A stretch of 32,000 bases of DNA, from positions 22,128 through 54,127 of the forward strand of contig NC_001732.1 in NCBI RefSeq assembly GCF_000091665.1. The letters run 5' to 3'. This DNA is from Methanocaldococcus jannaschii DSM 2661. Its GTDB lineage: Archaea; AGJL01; Methanococci; Methanococcales; Methanocaldococcaceae. Positions 1 to 9,403 of this stretch are shown piece by piece (within the stretch, counting starts at the first letter, position 1; each line of letters opens with the position of its first letter). Under the pieces are notes generated by a model, which saw only the letters and a list, made by a program, of their open reading frames with translations, had not been told where the DNA came from and searched no databases. A program made the position numbers and the translations under genes.

Positions 1-266
1 ATTACCTCGATACCATATTATTCGTAAGATTTTAATAAAATAGTAAATTTGATACTGTTGTTAGCTGGATTAAATACTTCATGATACTCTAAATGAGGTG
101 AAGTTACTAACTTGACGATCTTTTTTATTAATATGCAAGCATTATATTATAATATTTGTAGATTTTTGTATTTAGTTTCAGAAAAATTTTTAAGAGACCC
201 AACACATTTTCCTAAAAAAGAAAGATTTATATACCCAACATCGTTCCAAAATTTCTTTAGAAATTA

Positions 267-672
267 GCATTGGCGATAGATATGCCATACGACATTAAAT
301 GTGGAGAGGCATATAACATTTCATACCAATTGTAGAAAAGAATAGTATATTAATTTCTAATCGTACTCGTATTTTAAATAACTTGATCAAAATGTGTAAT
401 TTGAATATAAAACCAAAAACTGAAGATGATTATAAACGATTCCTATATGATTACTCAAATCAATGTGGAGTAGATTTCAGAAAAGTAGATGTGGGAATAA
501 AATTTTTCAAAAATATGCTGGATATAAAGTAAAAGATTACGGCAGTTCTTGGAAATATTCAGAGTTAGATAATCCTAACTACACAATACAAGATGCGTGC
601 AGAGATTTACTCAAAAATAATGGAGTGAAGTACCTAATTAACAACAGGGCATTAAAGGTATCTTTGAAATAA
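267..672 (+). pseudogene. Degraded partial copy of the 432-aa HhH/DNA-glycosylase-like protein encoded at 1168..2466
   Basis: Frame from 338 reads ...YKRFLYDYSNQCGVDFRKVDVGIKFFKN..., matching YKIFLYEYSKKCKLDQRYVEMGMWFFNS of the 432-aa protein. The 463..672 frame then continues with NYTIQDACRDLL, matching KYTIQEACKDLI. Several frames are needed. Confidence 0.75.
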
Positions 673-722
673 CATTATTTGATGTGATTAAAAAGAATTA
701 AGATTGTATTTTAGGTGGCAGT

Positions 723-1166
723 ATGGGAAAATGTAGGCATAATGGAGAGGTTAGTATTTTTGGCGTAAGACCAGCAAGTTTTCCTTACTTTCCATTTAAT
801 TTAATGGATAGGATTGGAGGGTTTGTAATATTGGATGAGTTGTGGTTAAGGAGGTGGTGTGAGATTATAGAATATCCGATGAAAATTCCAACTTTATACG
901 TGCCAATTGAGGATTATGGTATTCCTACAGTTGAGGATATGGATTTGATTGTTGATTTTATAAAGTATCATGTTTCTAATGGGAGAGAAGTCGTTGTCTC
1001 TTGTATCGGTGGACATGGAAGAACTGGAACTGTTTTGGCTATTTGGGCTGGTTTAAATGGCGTTGAAAATCCAATAGAATATGTTAGAGAATGTTACTGT
1101 GAGTGTGCGGTTGAGACAGAAGAACAAGAGGAGTTTGTAATGGAGTATTTGAAAAAGAGATTATGA
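723..1166 (+). CDS. Dual-specificity/PTP-like protein phosphatase
   Basis: 147-aa ORF with CX5R P-loop motif VVSCIGGHGRTGTVLAIWAGL; GGTGG-type RBS upstream of the ATG. Confidence 0.85.
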   Translation: MGKCRHNGEVSIFGVRPASFPYFPFNLMDRIGGFVILDELWLRRWCEIIEYPMKIPTLYVPIEDYGIPTVEDMDLIVDFIKYHVSNGREVVVSCIGGHGRTGTVLAIWAGLNGVENPIEYVRECYCECAVETEEQEEFVMEYLKKRL

Positions 1167-1167
1167 A

Positions 1168-2466
1168 TTAAAAGAAGATTATATCTAAGAGTTCATCATA
1201 TATTTCTATTTCACCTTTAAGGATGAGGTCGATAAGTTCATCTTCACTAACGATAATGATTTTACCGTTAATATTGATTTCAAATTGATTATTTCCAATG
1301 TATCTTATGTTCGTGTTGTTGATAGCTTTTCTTAATCTTTTAATTAAGTCTTTACATGCTTCTTGTATTGTGTATTTACATAACCTCCTATTGTAATACT
1401 TTGCAACTTTGCTGTTAAAGAACCACATACCCATTTCTACATATCTTTGGTCTAATTTGCATTTCTTTGAATATTCATAGAGGAATATTTTATATGGATA
1501 AAGAGTTTTAAAATCATTGCTATCTATTTTTGCATTTTTACGAAGTTTTTGAATACATCTACATTCTGTATAATCAAATTTCTCTAAAACTTCATTAATG
1601 TCAAAATTATAATTTAATTTACATTTACATTTAACTAATTCCTCAATGACTTTTTTAACTACTCTATCAATAGGCTTGTATAACAAATCCCTGCAATCTC
1701 CATATAACATCAAATTGTGAATAATTGAAATATCTCTAAGGAATAGACAAGCTATTTTATCTCCAACTCCTCTAATTCTAATTAAAAAGTTGTATGCGTC
1801 GTAGATATTTCCATTTCTTAATAAATTAAGTAGATAAGACACTAATGAAGCTGTTATTTGAGTATTACTAATAATGTATAATAAACCACATTTATTTGTG
1901 GTAGTTGAATTTATGTTACAACTCGGATTTATATTGTATCTTGGGTCTAAAGTGTCACTTGTATAGAAGCCCAATCCTAACATTCTTAGATTATTTTCAT
2001 AGCAATTGCATATATTACTAATCCAAGTATTGTTATGTAAATTGAAATTTCTATCTATGCAAACTGCCCCAATAAATCCATGGATTCTTACTCTTATGGA
2101 GCTATAACTACTCCCAAAAGGTCTCATATAAGCATAATTTGAAATAAACAATTGCAATGATTCACTTAAATCATTTAAATGATTTGGGAATATTATCTCC
2201 CAAAATGCTTTTAATTCTAGTGCTTCATGTAACCTTCCGACATCTTCAAAGAATTTAAACCATGCACAGATACAATCTTTATTAGCATATTCTCCAGAAC
2301 AATAATTTTTTCTTAATACTTTAAGTATATCTTCAACTTCTTTTTCTATATTTTTTCTCTCTTTAATAACTGGGATAAAGAACTTTTTAATAATATCTCT
2401 TGCTAATGGACAGTTTCTAATCCTGTTGATAAATTGCTGAACTACCATCCCCACTCCTCTCCACAT
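1168..2466 (-). CDS. Hypothetical protein with HhH-GPD DNA-glycosylase-like segment
   Basis: 432-aa ORF; LIRIRGVGDKIACLFLRDISII resembles a helix-hairpin-helix, followed by PIDRVVKKV at the place of the catalytic Asp region. Confidence 0.5.
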   Translation of the reverse strand: MWRGVGMVVQQFINRIRNCPLARDIIKKFFIPVIKERKNIEKEVEDILKVLRKNYCSGEYANKDCICAWFKFFEDVGRLHEALELKAFWEIIFPNHLNDLSESLQLFISNYAYMRPFGSSYSSIRVRIHGFIGAVCIDRNFNLHNNTWISNICNCYENNLRMLGLGFYTSDTLDPRYNINPSCNINSTTTNKCGLLYIISNTQITASLVSYLLNLLRNGNIYDAYNFLIRIRGVGDKIACLFLRDISIIHNLMLYGDCRDLLYKPIDRVVKKVIEELVKCKCKLNYNFDINEVLEKFDYTECRCIQKLRKNAKIDSNDFKTLYPYKIFLYEYSKKCKLDQRYVEMGMWFFNSKVAKYYNRRLCKYTIQEACKDLIKRLRKAINNTNIRYIGNNQFEININGKIIIVSEDELIDLILKGEIEIYDELLDIIFF

Positions 2467-2650
2467 CTTTCAAATATAAATGTACTGCAGTTCTTAAATA
2501 TAAATTAATATAAATTTTATAAATATTTACACTAAAAGCTCTGCTAATATTTTAACCTCTATTGAGTTTCTATTTTCCTTAACAGAAATCAAATCCATAC
2601 TAAGTGTTTATTATTAGCAACAATTCCTATAGGTGTAGTTTCTCTTCTTC

Positions 2651-2963
2651 AAATTTTTGGTAATATATTTTTAATTACATTGAAATCAAATATATGTACA
2701 TACTCCTTTTCCACATCTTAATATTACAATATTATCAATTCTCGAATTTTCCTTCCTGTTTTTAAATCGATATAAATATGACGTCTTCCATTACATTTTA
2801 ACATCACACGATTATCTTTTATAGATATTGACTCTATATCCCACTCAGTTTTGAACTCCCAAATTTTATCTCCAGTTTTTAGATTAATGGCAGAGATACA
2901 TCTTCTTCCACATTCTAATACTGCAATACCACCTCTAATAGATAAACTTCTTAATTCTAACAT
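2651..2963 (-). pseudogene. Frameshifted remnant of a PQQ-like beta-propeller repeat protein
   Basis: 79-aa ORF (2724..2963) has the same blades (INLKTGDKIWEFKTEWDIESISIKD). In shifted frames downstream it continues as VILRCGKGVC and then HIFDFNVIKNILPKI*, matching the C-terminus HVYALDFNIIKN of the adjacent gene. Confidence 0.7.
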
Positions 2964-3005
2964 CTTAACACCATTATCTCTACTGATGTTGAATTAATTT
3001 TTGAA

Positions 3006-5489
3006 TCATAATACTTGTTTGATTTTTTGTATTATTGAGTAGTTTTTAATTATATTGAAATCAAGGGCATAAACATGTCCTCTTTTACATCCTGATATTA
3101 CAATATTGTCTTTGATGGACAAATCTAACACTGCACTTTCTGTTTTAAACTTCCATATTTCCTCACCAGTGTTAATATCAAGAGCATAAAGATAATTATC
3201 ACATCCTAATAATACAGCATCATTTTTAATAGACAAACCATTCACATCCCCATCTGTCTTAAATGCCCATAAATTCTCCCCTGCATTAATATCAAGAGCA
3301 TAGACACATTCTCGATTACATCCCAATATTACAATATCATCTTTAATAGATAATCTTAATACAGACCCTACTACCTTAAATCTTTCCATCTTCTCTCCTG
3401 TATTAATATCAAGAAGATAAACATAACCTCCCCTACATCCCAACAATACATTATCCTTTTTAATAGATAAACTCTTTACCTCTCCTTCTGCCTTAAACCT
3501 CCATAGTTCTCTACCAGTGTCAATATCAAGAGCGTAAAGATAATTATCACATCCAAATAGCAAAATGTCATTTTTTATGGATAAATTCCGTATGGATTTT
3601 CCTGATTTTGCTTTAAACTCCCATAACATATTTCCTGCATTAATATCAAGGGCAAGTATATATCCTTTTTTACATCCCAACACAACAATATCGTCTTTAA
3701 TAGATAAACTCCTTACATCATGCTTTATCTTAGACCTCCATATTTCTCTTCCTGTATTAATATCAAGAGCATAAGCATACCCTTCCTCCAATATTTTTCC
3801 ATTTTTCAACATGACAATGCTCTCAAATATATTTCCACATCCTAATACAACAATATCATCTTTAATAGACAAACCCCATACTGTATCCTCTGCCTTGAAT
3901 TCCCATAATTTCTTACCAGTTTTAATATCAATGGCATAAACATGTCCCGAAACACATCCTAATATTACAATATCACCTTTAATAGATAATAACCTTACAC
4001 CCCCCTCTGCCCTAAACTCCCACAATAACTCATCTACTCTTTTAATCCCTAAAATATCCAATATAAACTTACCAACATTAATTGCTAACTCATCATTTGA
4101 GTTATTTACCAATTCAATTAACTTATTCATATAATAATTAAATACAGCCCTATTTTCATTGAAAATGTTTTTAAATCTGCTGTATATTTCTTTATAGTTT
4201 GATGTGTTTAAATTATCTATCTCTTGTTTTAGGATTTTGTCAATTTTTTCTGGCCTCATGTCATCTACATTATCTCCTTTAAATTTTGTAATTGTTAATA
4301 CTTCTGTAAATCTTTCTTTGTATCGTATGTTAAATTCATCTTCAAACTCTACAACAATATCTATCGGTAGTTTTCCTTTAACTTTTGGATTTATAAAAAG
4401 GTTAATGACTTTTGTGTCTCTTCCTCTAATTTTTATCGGCTCTATGTCTTTAAATAAAATATCTTCTTCGTTTATTATTGAAATTTTCGATATTGTTATA
4501 TCTTTTAATGATTTGTTTGTTATTTGTATTGGTAGTTCATCCCATTCATTCAAATTAAGTGATTTTTTTAATAGGGTTAAATCTATCTTTACTATTTCTT
4601 TCATTATATTAGTTAGTTGTGGCCTAACTCTTTGTATTTTTGAATACAGGTTAGTATCAAGGGCATAGACACACCCCCACATGTCTGCCAATATAGTAAC
4701 ATCCCCACTTATCAATAAATCACTTACATGCCACTCTCCACCAAACTCTAATATTTTCTCACCTGTTTTAATATCAAGGACATAAAAATATTCACACCCA
4801 TATTCATCCTCACATCTCAATATTATTTTATCATCTTTGATAGATAACTCCCATACACACCACTCTGCTTCAAACTCCCACAATTTACCTCCTGTCCTAA
4901 CATCAATAGCATAAATGTATTTATCCCCATCACCCAATATAACAATATTATCTTTGAGAGAAAAACCCCACATACGCTCTCCTACCTTGGACTCCCATAT
5001 TTTATCCCCAGTCATAACATCAAGAACGCAAACATGCCCACCTCTATATTCCAACATTACAATATTATCTTTGATGAATAAACTATCTACATTGTGCTCT
5101 ACTTTATATTCCCATATTTTATTCCCTGTCTTAATATCAAGGGCAAAAAGATGGTTACTACACCCTAATATTATAATATTATCTTTGATATCTTTGATGG
5201 ACAAATCCCATACACTCCCCCCTGCCTTAAACTCCCATATTATGCTATCTTTTAAAATACATAACATAAACTTATCAATTTCAAGTGATAACTCATTATC
5301 ATCTAAATTTTTCATTAACTCAATTAATTTATCCACGTAATAATTAAATATATCTCTATTTTTGCTAAAAACATTTTTAAATTTGTCATATATTTCTTTA
5401 TAGTTTGATACGTTTAAATTATCTATCTCTTGTCTAATGTTTTCAACTCCATTGATTTTATTTTCTACAAAAACCATTCTCATCACCAA
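3006..5489 (-). CDS. PQQ-like/WD-type beta-propeller repeat protein, internally duplicated
   Basis: 827-aa ORF with many repeats of the form KDNIVILGCxxGHVYALDINTGxxLWEFKAEGxVxSLSI; two copies of an N-terminal helical linker (LNVSNYKEIYDKFKNVF / LNTSNYKEIYSRFKNIF). Confidence 0.85.
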   Translation of the reverse strand: MVMRMVFVENKINGVENIRQEIDNLNVSNYKEIYDKFKNVFSKNRDIFNYYVDKLIELMKNLDDNELSLEIDKFMLCILKDSIIWEFKAGGSVWDLSIKDIKDNIIILGCSNHLFALDIKTGNKIWEYKVEHNVDSLFIKDNIVMLEYRGGHVCVLDVMTGDKIWESKVGERMWGFSLKDNIVILGDGDKYIYAIDVRTGGKLWEFEAEWCVWELSIKDDKIILRCEDEYGCEYFYVLDIKTGEKILEFGGEWHVSDLLISGDVTILADMWGCVYALDTNLYSKIQRVRPQLTNIMKEIVKIDLTLLKKSLNLNEWDELPIQITNKSLKDITISKISIINEEDILFKDIEPIKIRGRDTKVINLFINPKVKGKLPIDIVVEFEDEFNIRYKERFTEVLTITKFKGDNVDDMRPEKIDKILKQEIDNLNTSNYKEIYSRFKNIFNENRAVFNYYMNKLIELVNNSNDELAINVGKFILDILGIKRVDELLWEFRAEGGVRLLSIKGDIVILGCVSGHVYAIDIKTGKKLWEFKAEDTVWGLSIKDDIVVLGCGNIFESIVMLKNGKILEEGYAYALDINTGREIWRSKIKHDVRSLSIKDDIVVLGCKKGYILALDINAGNMLWEFKAKSGKSIRNLSIKNDILLFGCDNYLYALDIDTGRELWRFKAEGEVKSLSIKKDNVLLGCRGGYVYLLDINTGEKMERFKVVGSVLRLSIKDDIVILGCNRECVYALDINAGENLWAFKTDGDVNGLSIKNDAVLLGCDNYLYALDINTGEEIWKFKTESAVLDLSIKDNIVISGCKRGHVYALDFNIIKNYSIIQKIKQVL

Positions 5490-5763
5490 AAAAACTTTTA
5501 TTTATTTCAAAATTTTTCTAATAACACACCATTCAATTATCGAAATTAGATTAATAATTCCATTACAAGTGTCTCTAACACTTCACCATATTTTTATTAT
5601 AATTTCATTATACCTTAATAGCATATTAAATTCAATAACCCAACTTTAATTTTGCACTTATTAAGATTTGTAACATTATCAATGCCCCCTACCATAATTC
5701 CATAATGAGTTTTTGGAGGTTTCACTAAAAGAAGTAATCTACAGCATTCTTTAATTATATGTC

Positions 5764-5787
5764 TGAATTGACTTTAAAGTCCATTCA
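5764..5787. repeat. 24-bp palindrome family, copy 1 (one mismatch)
   Basis: TGAATTGACTT-TA-AAGTCCATTCA upstream of parA. Confidence 0.8.
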
Positions 5788-5941
5788 TCCCTTAACATTC
5801 CTTATAAAGAAATACTCTATAAAAGTTTATTATTACATTATTGCATTAAACAGTTAAACATATAACCAATAATTTAAATATGAAATAATGTAATGCCATA
5901 ATACTGTAATAAAATAATAGAATATCTAATGGTGAGAGTTT

Positions 5942-6721
5942 ATGGTTGTAATTTCAATTGCAAATCAAAAAGGGGGTGTTGGAAAAACAACAATAGCATT
6001 AAACCTATCATTTACACTTGCAGAAAAGGGGTATGATACTTTAGTAATCGATTTAGACCCACAATTCAACTTATCCTTTGGAATTTTGGGAATGAAATTA
6101 TTAGATTATGCTGATAAAAATATTGGAATACTATTATCAAAAAATTCTGTTAAGAAGAAAGAAATTGAAGAGTCTATTATAAAAATTAATGATAAGTTAG
6201 ATTTAATCCCCTCCCACTTGCAGCTTTCTGCTGTAGAAAAAATGTTAGTTAATGCTTATGCAAGGGAAATGAAGTTGAAAAATATCATTAACCAAATCAA
6301 AGAAAATTATGACTACATAATAATTGATAATGCCCCATCATTAGGACTATTTTTAATAAATTCATTAGTGGCATCTGATTATATTATCATCCCATGTGAG
6401 CCAAGTTATTTTAGTATTGCAGGAGTTCAACTAATGTTAGATACTGTTGAGGAAATAAAAGAATCAAACTTGAATCCAAAACTTAAAGTTTTAGGGTTTA
6501 TTTTCAACAAGTACTCTAAACAATCAAAAATTCCACAAAAGAGGTTAGAACAGTTAAAACAACTCTATCCTAACATTCCAGTAATTGGAGTAATTCCAAG
6601 AACTATTACTGTTGAAAAGGCAGAACGTGAGGGAAAACCTGTGTTTAAATTTGATGCTAATAATCCTGCAAGTGTTGCATTCTCAGAACTTGCTGAGTGG
6701 GTGATAGAAAATGTCAAATGA
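5942..6721 (+). CDS. parA: ParA/Soj/MinD-type partition ATPase
   Basis: Deviant Walker A KGGVGKTT, IDLDPQFNLSFG, YIIIDNAPSLG; GGTGA RBS upstream. Confidence 0.93.
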   Translation: MVVISIANQKGGVGKTTIALNLSFTLAEKGYDTLVIDLDPQFNLSFGILGMKLLDYADKNIGILLSKNSVKKKEIEESIIKINDKLDLIPSHLQLSAVEKMLVNAYAREMKLKNIINQIKENYDYIIIDNAPSLGLFLINSLVASDYIIIPCEPSYFSIAGVQLMLDTVEEIKESNLNPKLKVLGFIFNKYSKQSKIPQKRLEQLKQLYPNIPVIGVIPRTITVEKAEREGKPVFKFDANNPASVAFSELAEWVIENVK

Positions 6722-7043
6722 TGATTTGAATGCATTAAAAAAATTAAAAGAAATTAGTTCTGGGACAGTAAAACAGATAACTTCACTACCAAAAAAAGAA
6801 CCACAAGAAGAAAAAATGTCAAAAACTCTAAGGATAAAAAACACTACTCATGAAAAAATTATTGAAATGTATGGGAAAAAAGTTGGTAGCCAAGGAGAAG
6901 TTGTAGATAAGGGTGTTGCAGTCCTCTATGCATTATGGAAAATACTTCCAGAAGAACAATTTAAAAGGGTTGTTAAACTGGCTGAAGAAGATAGGTTTGA
7001 AGAATTTGCTGATAGGTTGGGTATTGAAATAAAAGAAGAATAA
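6711..7043 (+). CDS. Probable ParA partner/centromere-binding protein (RHH-like C-terminal half)
   Basis: 110-aa ORF overlapping the parA 3' end by 11 nt; basic N-terminus followed by KTLRIKNTTHEKIIEMYGKKVGSQGEVVDKGVAVLYAL. Confidence 0.55.
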   Translation: MSNDDLNALKKLKEISSGTVKQITSLPKKEPQEEKMSKTLRIKNTTHEKIIEMYGKKVGSQGEVVDKGVAVLYALWKILPEEQFKRVVKLAEEDRFEEFADRLGIEIKEE

Positions 7044-7047
7044 ATAA

Positions 7048-8079
7048 TTATTGCATTGCATTTATAATCTCCTTTATAGCATGCCATTCGATAATAGATG
7101 TCGGTTTGATTATTCCATTTATCACATCATAAAACAATATTTCATTCTCAATTAGGAATTTTAAATATTTCATTTCCTCTTTTTTAACTTCCTTATCATA
7201 GGAGATTTTTATCTTGTCCTTGAATTTAGATAAAACATTATAAAGCCCCTCCTCATCTAAATCGGTTGTATCTATAAGGTATTTTAGCCCATCTTTTTCA
7301 ACATTAATCCACTGTTTTATAGTTTGTTCAACAGATAAACCTAACTTCTTATTATTTATCAGTTGAGAAATCTCATAAGGCAATGATAAATAGTCTAAAG
7401 CATAATTAATCTCTTCTTCGCTAAAACCTTCTTCTTTTAAAATATTCCTTATAGTTCCTTTTCTTAACCAGTCAATTAAATAATACTCAGAGGCATTTTT
7501 TAATGTTGAATTCCTATAGATTTCATCAATAAATAATGTATCAGAAGTTAAGCATATAACATGGCATAAATGTTCCATTTTAGTTAGAGAGACGAATAAG
7601 TTAAACAATTCGTTTAATAATGACTTTCCTCCATTAAAATAAATATTCTTCAACTTTTGTAACTCATCAATTATTAAAACTGGCTTTTTTCCTTCTTCAA
7701 CAACTGCGTTAATACTCTCATTTATCTTAGCAAAGACATCATTTAGGCATAAGTTATTAAAGTCAAAATTCTCTTCAATTCCAAACTTACAAACTCCCAA
7801 GTTAAGTTCTAACTTATTTAATAGATATTTTTTATCCGACTTTTCAAAAAATACTCTTAAAAACTCATCCCTTGTTGGTGTTGCATATTTTCTTAAATTA
7901 TAATAGAAAAACACTATATTACTGTTTTCTAACTCCTTAATAACTCTCCTCATTACCGTAGATTTACCAGATGATTTAGGACCATAAACAAAAAGGATAG
8001 AATTAGGTTCTAACTGACAGTAGGTTTTTAGATAGTTGAGTTCTTTCTCTCTATCATAGAATTTCATAATTTCACCCAA
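7048..8079 (-). CDS. Archaeal AAA-type ATPase (PF01637/MJ-type family)
   Basis: FYDREKELNYLKTY, Walker A YGPKSSGKSTVMRRV, Walker B KPVLIIDELQKL. Confidence 0.85.
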   Translation of the reverse strand: MGEIMKFYDREKELNYLKTYCQLEPNSILFVYGPKSSGKSTVMRRVIKELENSNIVFFYYNLRKYATPTRDEFLRVFFEKSDKKYLLNKLELNLGVCKFGIEENFDFNNLCLNDVFAKINESINAVVEEGKKPVLIIDELQKLKNIYFNGGKSLLNELFNLFVSLTKMEHLCHVICLTSDTLFIDEIYRNSTLKNASEYYLIDWLRKGTIRNILKEEGFSEEEINYALDYLSLPYEISQLINNKKLGLSVEQTIKQWINVEKDGLKYLIDTTDLDEEGLYNVLSKFKDKIKISYDKEVKKEEMKYLKFLIENEILFYDVINGIIKPTSIIEWHAIKEIINAMQ

Positions 8080-8394
8080 ATAAACTCTTTATTTTAATTA
8101 AAAATATTATTTTAGAGTATTTAAAAGTTGAACATGCCATATTACATTAGCTGTGAATCTAAAGTTGAAAATTAACCTTTACTGTCTTTATGACATCATA
8201 ACCACACTACCTATTGTATTATTTTATTACATCATAATTTAATTGCATTATAACATAATAACATTATTCCATAATTCTTTATACAATAATTATTTAACAA
8301 TGGCATTAAACAATTACTTAAAAATTTAAATACACAAAACAACATTGCAATATTGCAATAATAAAATAATTCATTAACTAAAAATAATAAAGTG

Positions 8395-8420
8395 GTGAAT
8401 TGACTTTGAAGTCAATTCAC
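8395..8420. repeat. Palindrome family, copy 2 (arms perfect)
   Basis: GTGAATTGACTT-TG-AAGTCAATTCAC, 12-bp arms. Confidence 0.9.
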
Positions 8421-8440
8421 AGTTATAGATAAATAATGAC

Positions 8441-8929
8441 CTAAAGCTTCTCCAAATCCAATGGAACATATTTTACAATATAAGCCTTATTTACAATAAC
8501 AACATCTCCCTTTCCAACATCAACCAAGACAGTATAAGGGTCCTTACAACAGCATTTGCCCTCCAACACTTCACCATTAGCCAAATGCAACCTAACCTTA
8601 TGATTATGGCAAAAGAATAAAACATAATCTTTTCTCTCTTGAGTACTAACACACGTTTCCCTAACCCTCTTTGGCTGCTTTTTACCTTTGCCCTGTTTTT
8701 TCTGGCCAGTTTGTTTTTTACCATTATTTTTAGATTTTTGACTTTCCAACTTTTTAAGCTCTTTTTCAATCTCTTCTAAATGCTTACTTTTAACGTGTTT
8801 CCTAACAACCTTAGCATCAGCATTAGTATAATCACAAAAAGGACATTTATAAAAACCAATATCATTCTTTTGAAGCTCTAACTTCTCAACATACTCATCA
8901 ACATTCACAATCTCACCTAGAATATCCAA
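8441..8929 (-). CDS. Small basic protein with N-terminal C2H2 zinc finger
   Basis: 162 aa; YKCPFCDYTNADAKVVRKHVKSKH zinc finger, Lys/Gln-rich linker, C-terminal beta-rich domain with CCCKDPYTVLVDV. Confidence 0.75.
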   Translation of the reverse strand: MDILGEIVNVDEYVEKLELQKNDIGFYKCPFCDYTNADAKVVRKHVKSKHLEEIEKELKKLESQKSKNNGKKQTGQKKQGKGKKQPKRVRETCVSTQERKDYVLFFCHNHKVRLHLANGEVLEGKCCCKDPYTVLVDVGKGDVVIVNKAYIVKYVPLDLEKL

Positions 8930-9403
8930 AATTTGAAAAATAGCAAAATGTCAAATGCAATGTATTCCCCCATACTATCAATATGTAAAGTAATCCATAT
9001 TTAAAACTATCCTAAGCCTAGTAACAAACACAAAGAATGCAAATAAAAAGAAAAGATGAAAAATGTGACATTTAGCACATTAAATGCCATTGTTATAAAA
9101 TAAACAAAGACAAAACTTTCCTCCCTAGCAATTTTGAGTTAAGAGAGACAACCAACCTGCAGCAATTTTTGAGAATTTTAGTAAAGGGAATTATCCCTTA
9201 CATAATACACGCAAAAAGTGCAATCTTGTTGCGGAAATTCATTCTTACTTTTAAATTTATTATCTATTTGTTTGCATAAGATTTAAATGTATTGTTATAT
9301 CTATTAATTTTTGCTAATGTTTATTAATAAAATATTTAAATATATTGATTAATATTATAAAACTCTTAAAATTCATCATCACTTTTTTGTATTGTTGTTT
9401 TAA

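Noticed and set aside
3565-5649. Plus-strand ORFs at 3565, 4204, 4915 and 5437
   Set aside because: Antisense to the repetitive beta-propeller gene; they mirror its periodic composition and show no independent family signature.
8491-8769. Minus-strand 92-aa ORF
   Set aside because: Out-of-frame ORF inside the C2H2 zinc-finger gene.
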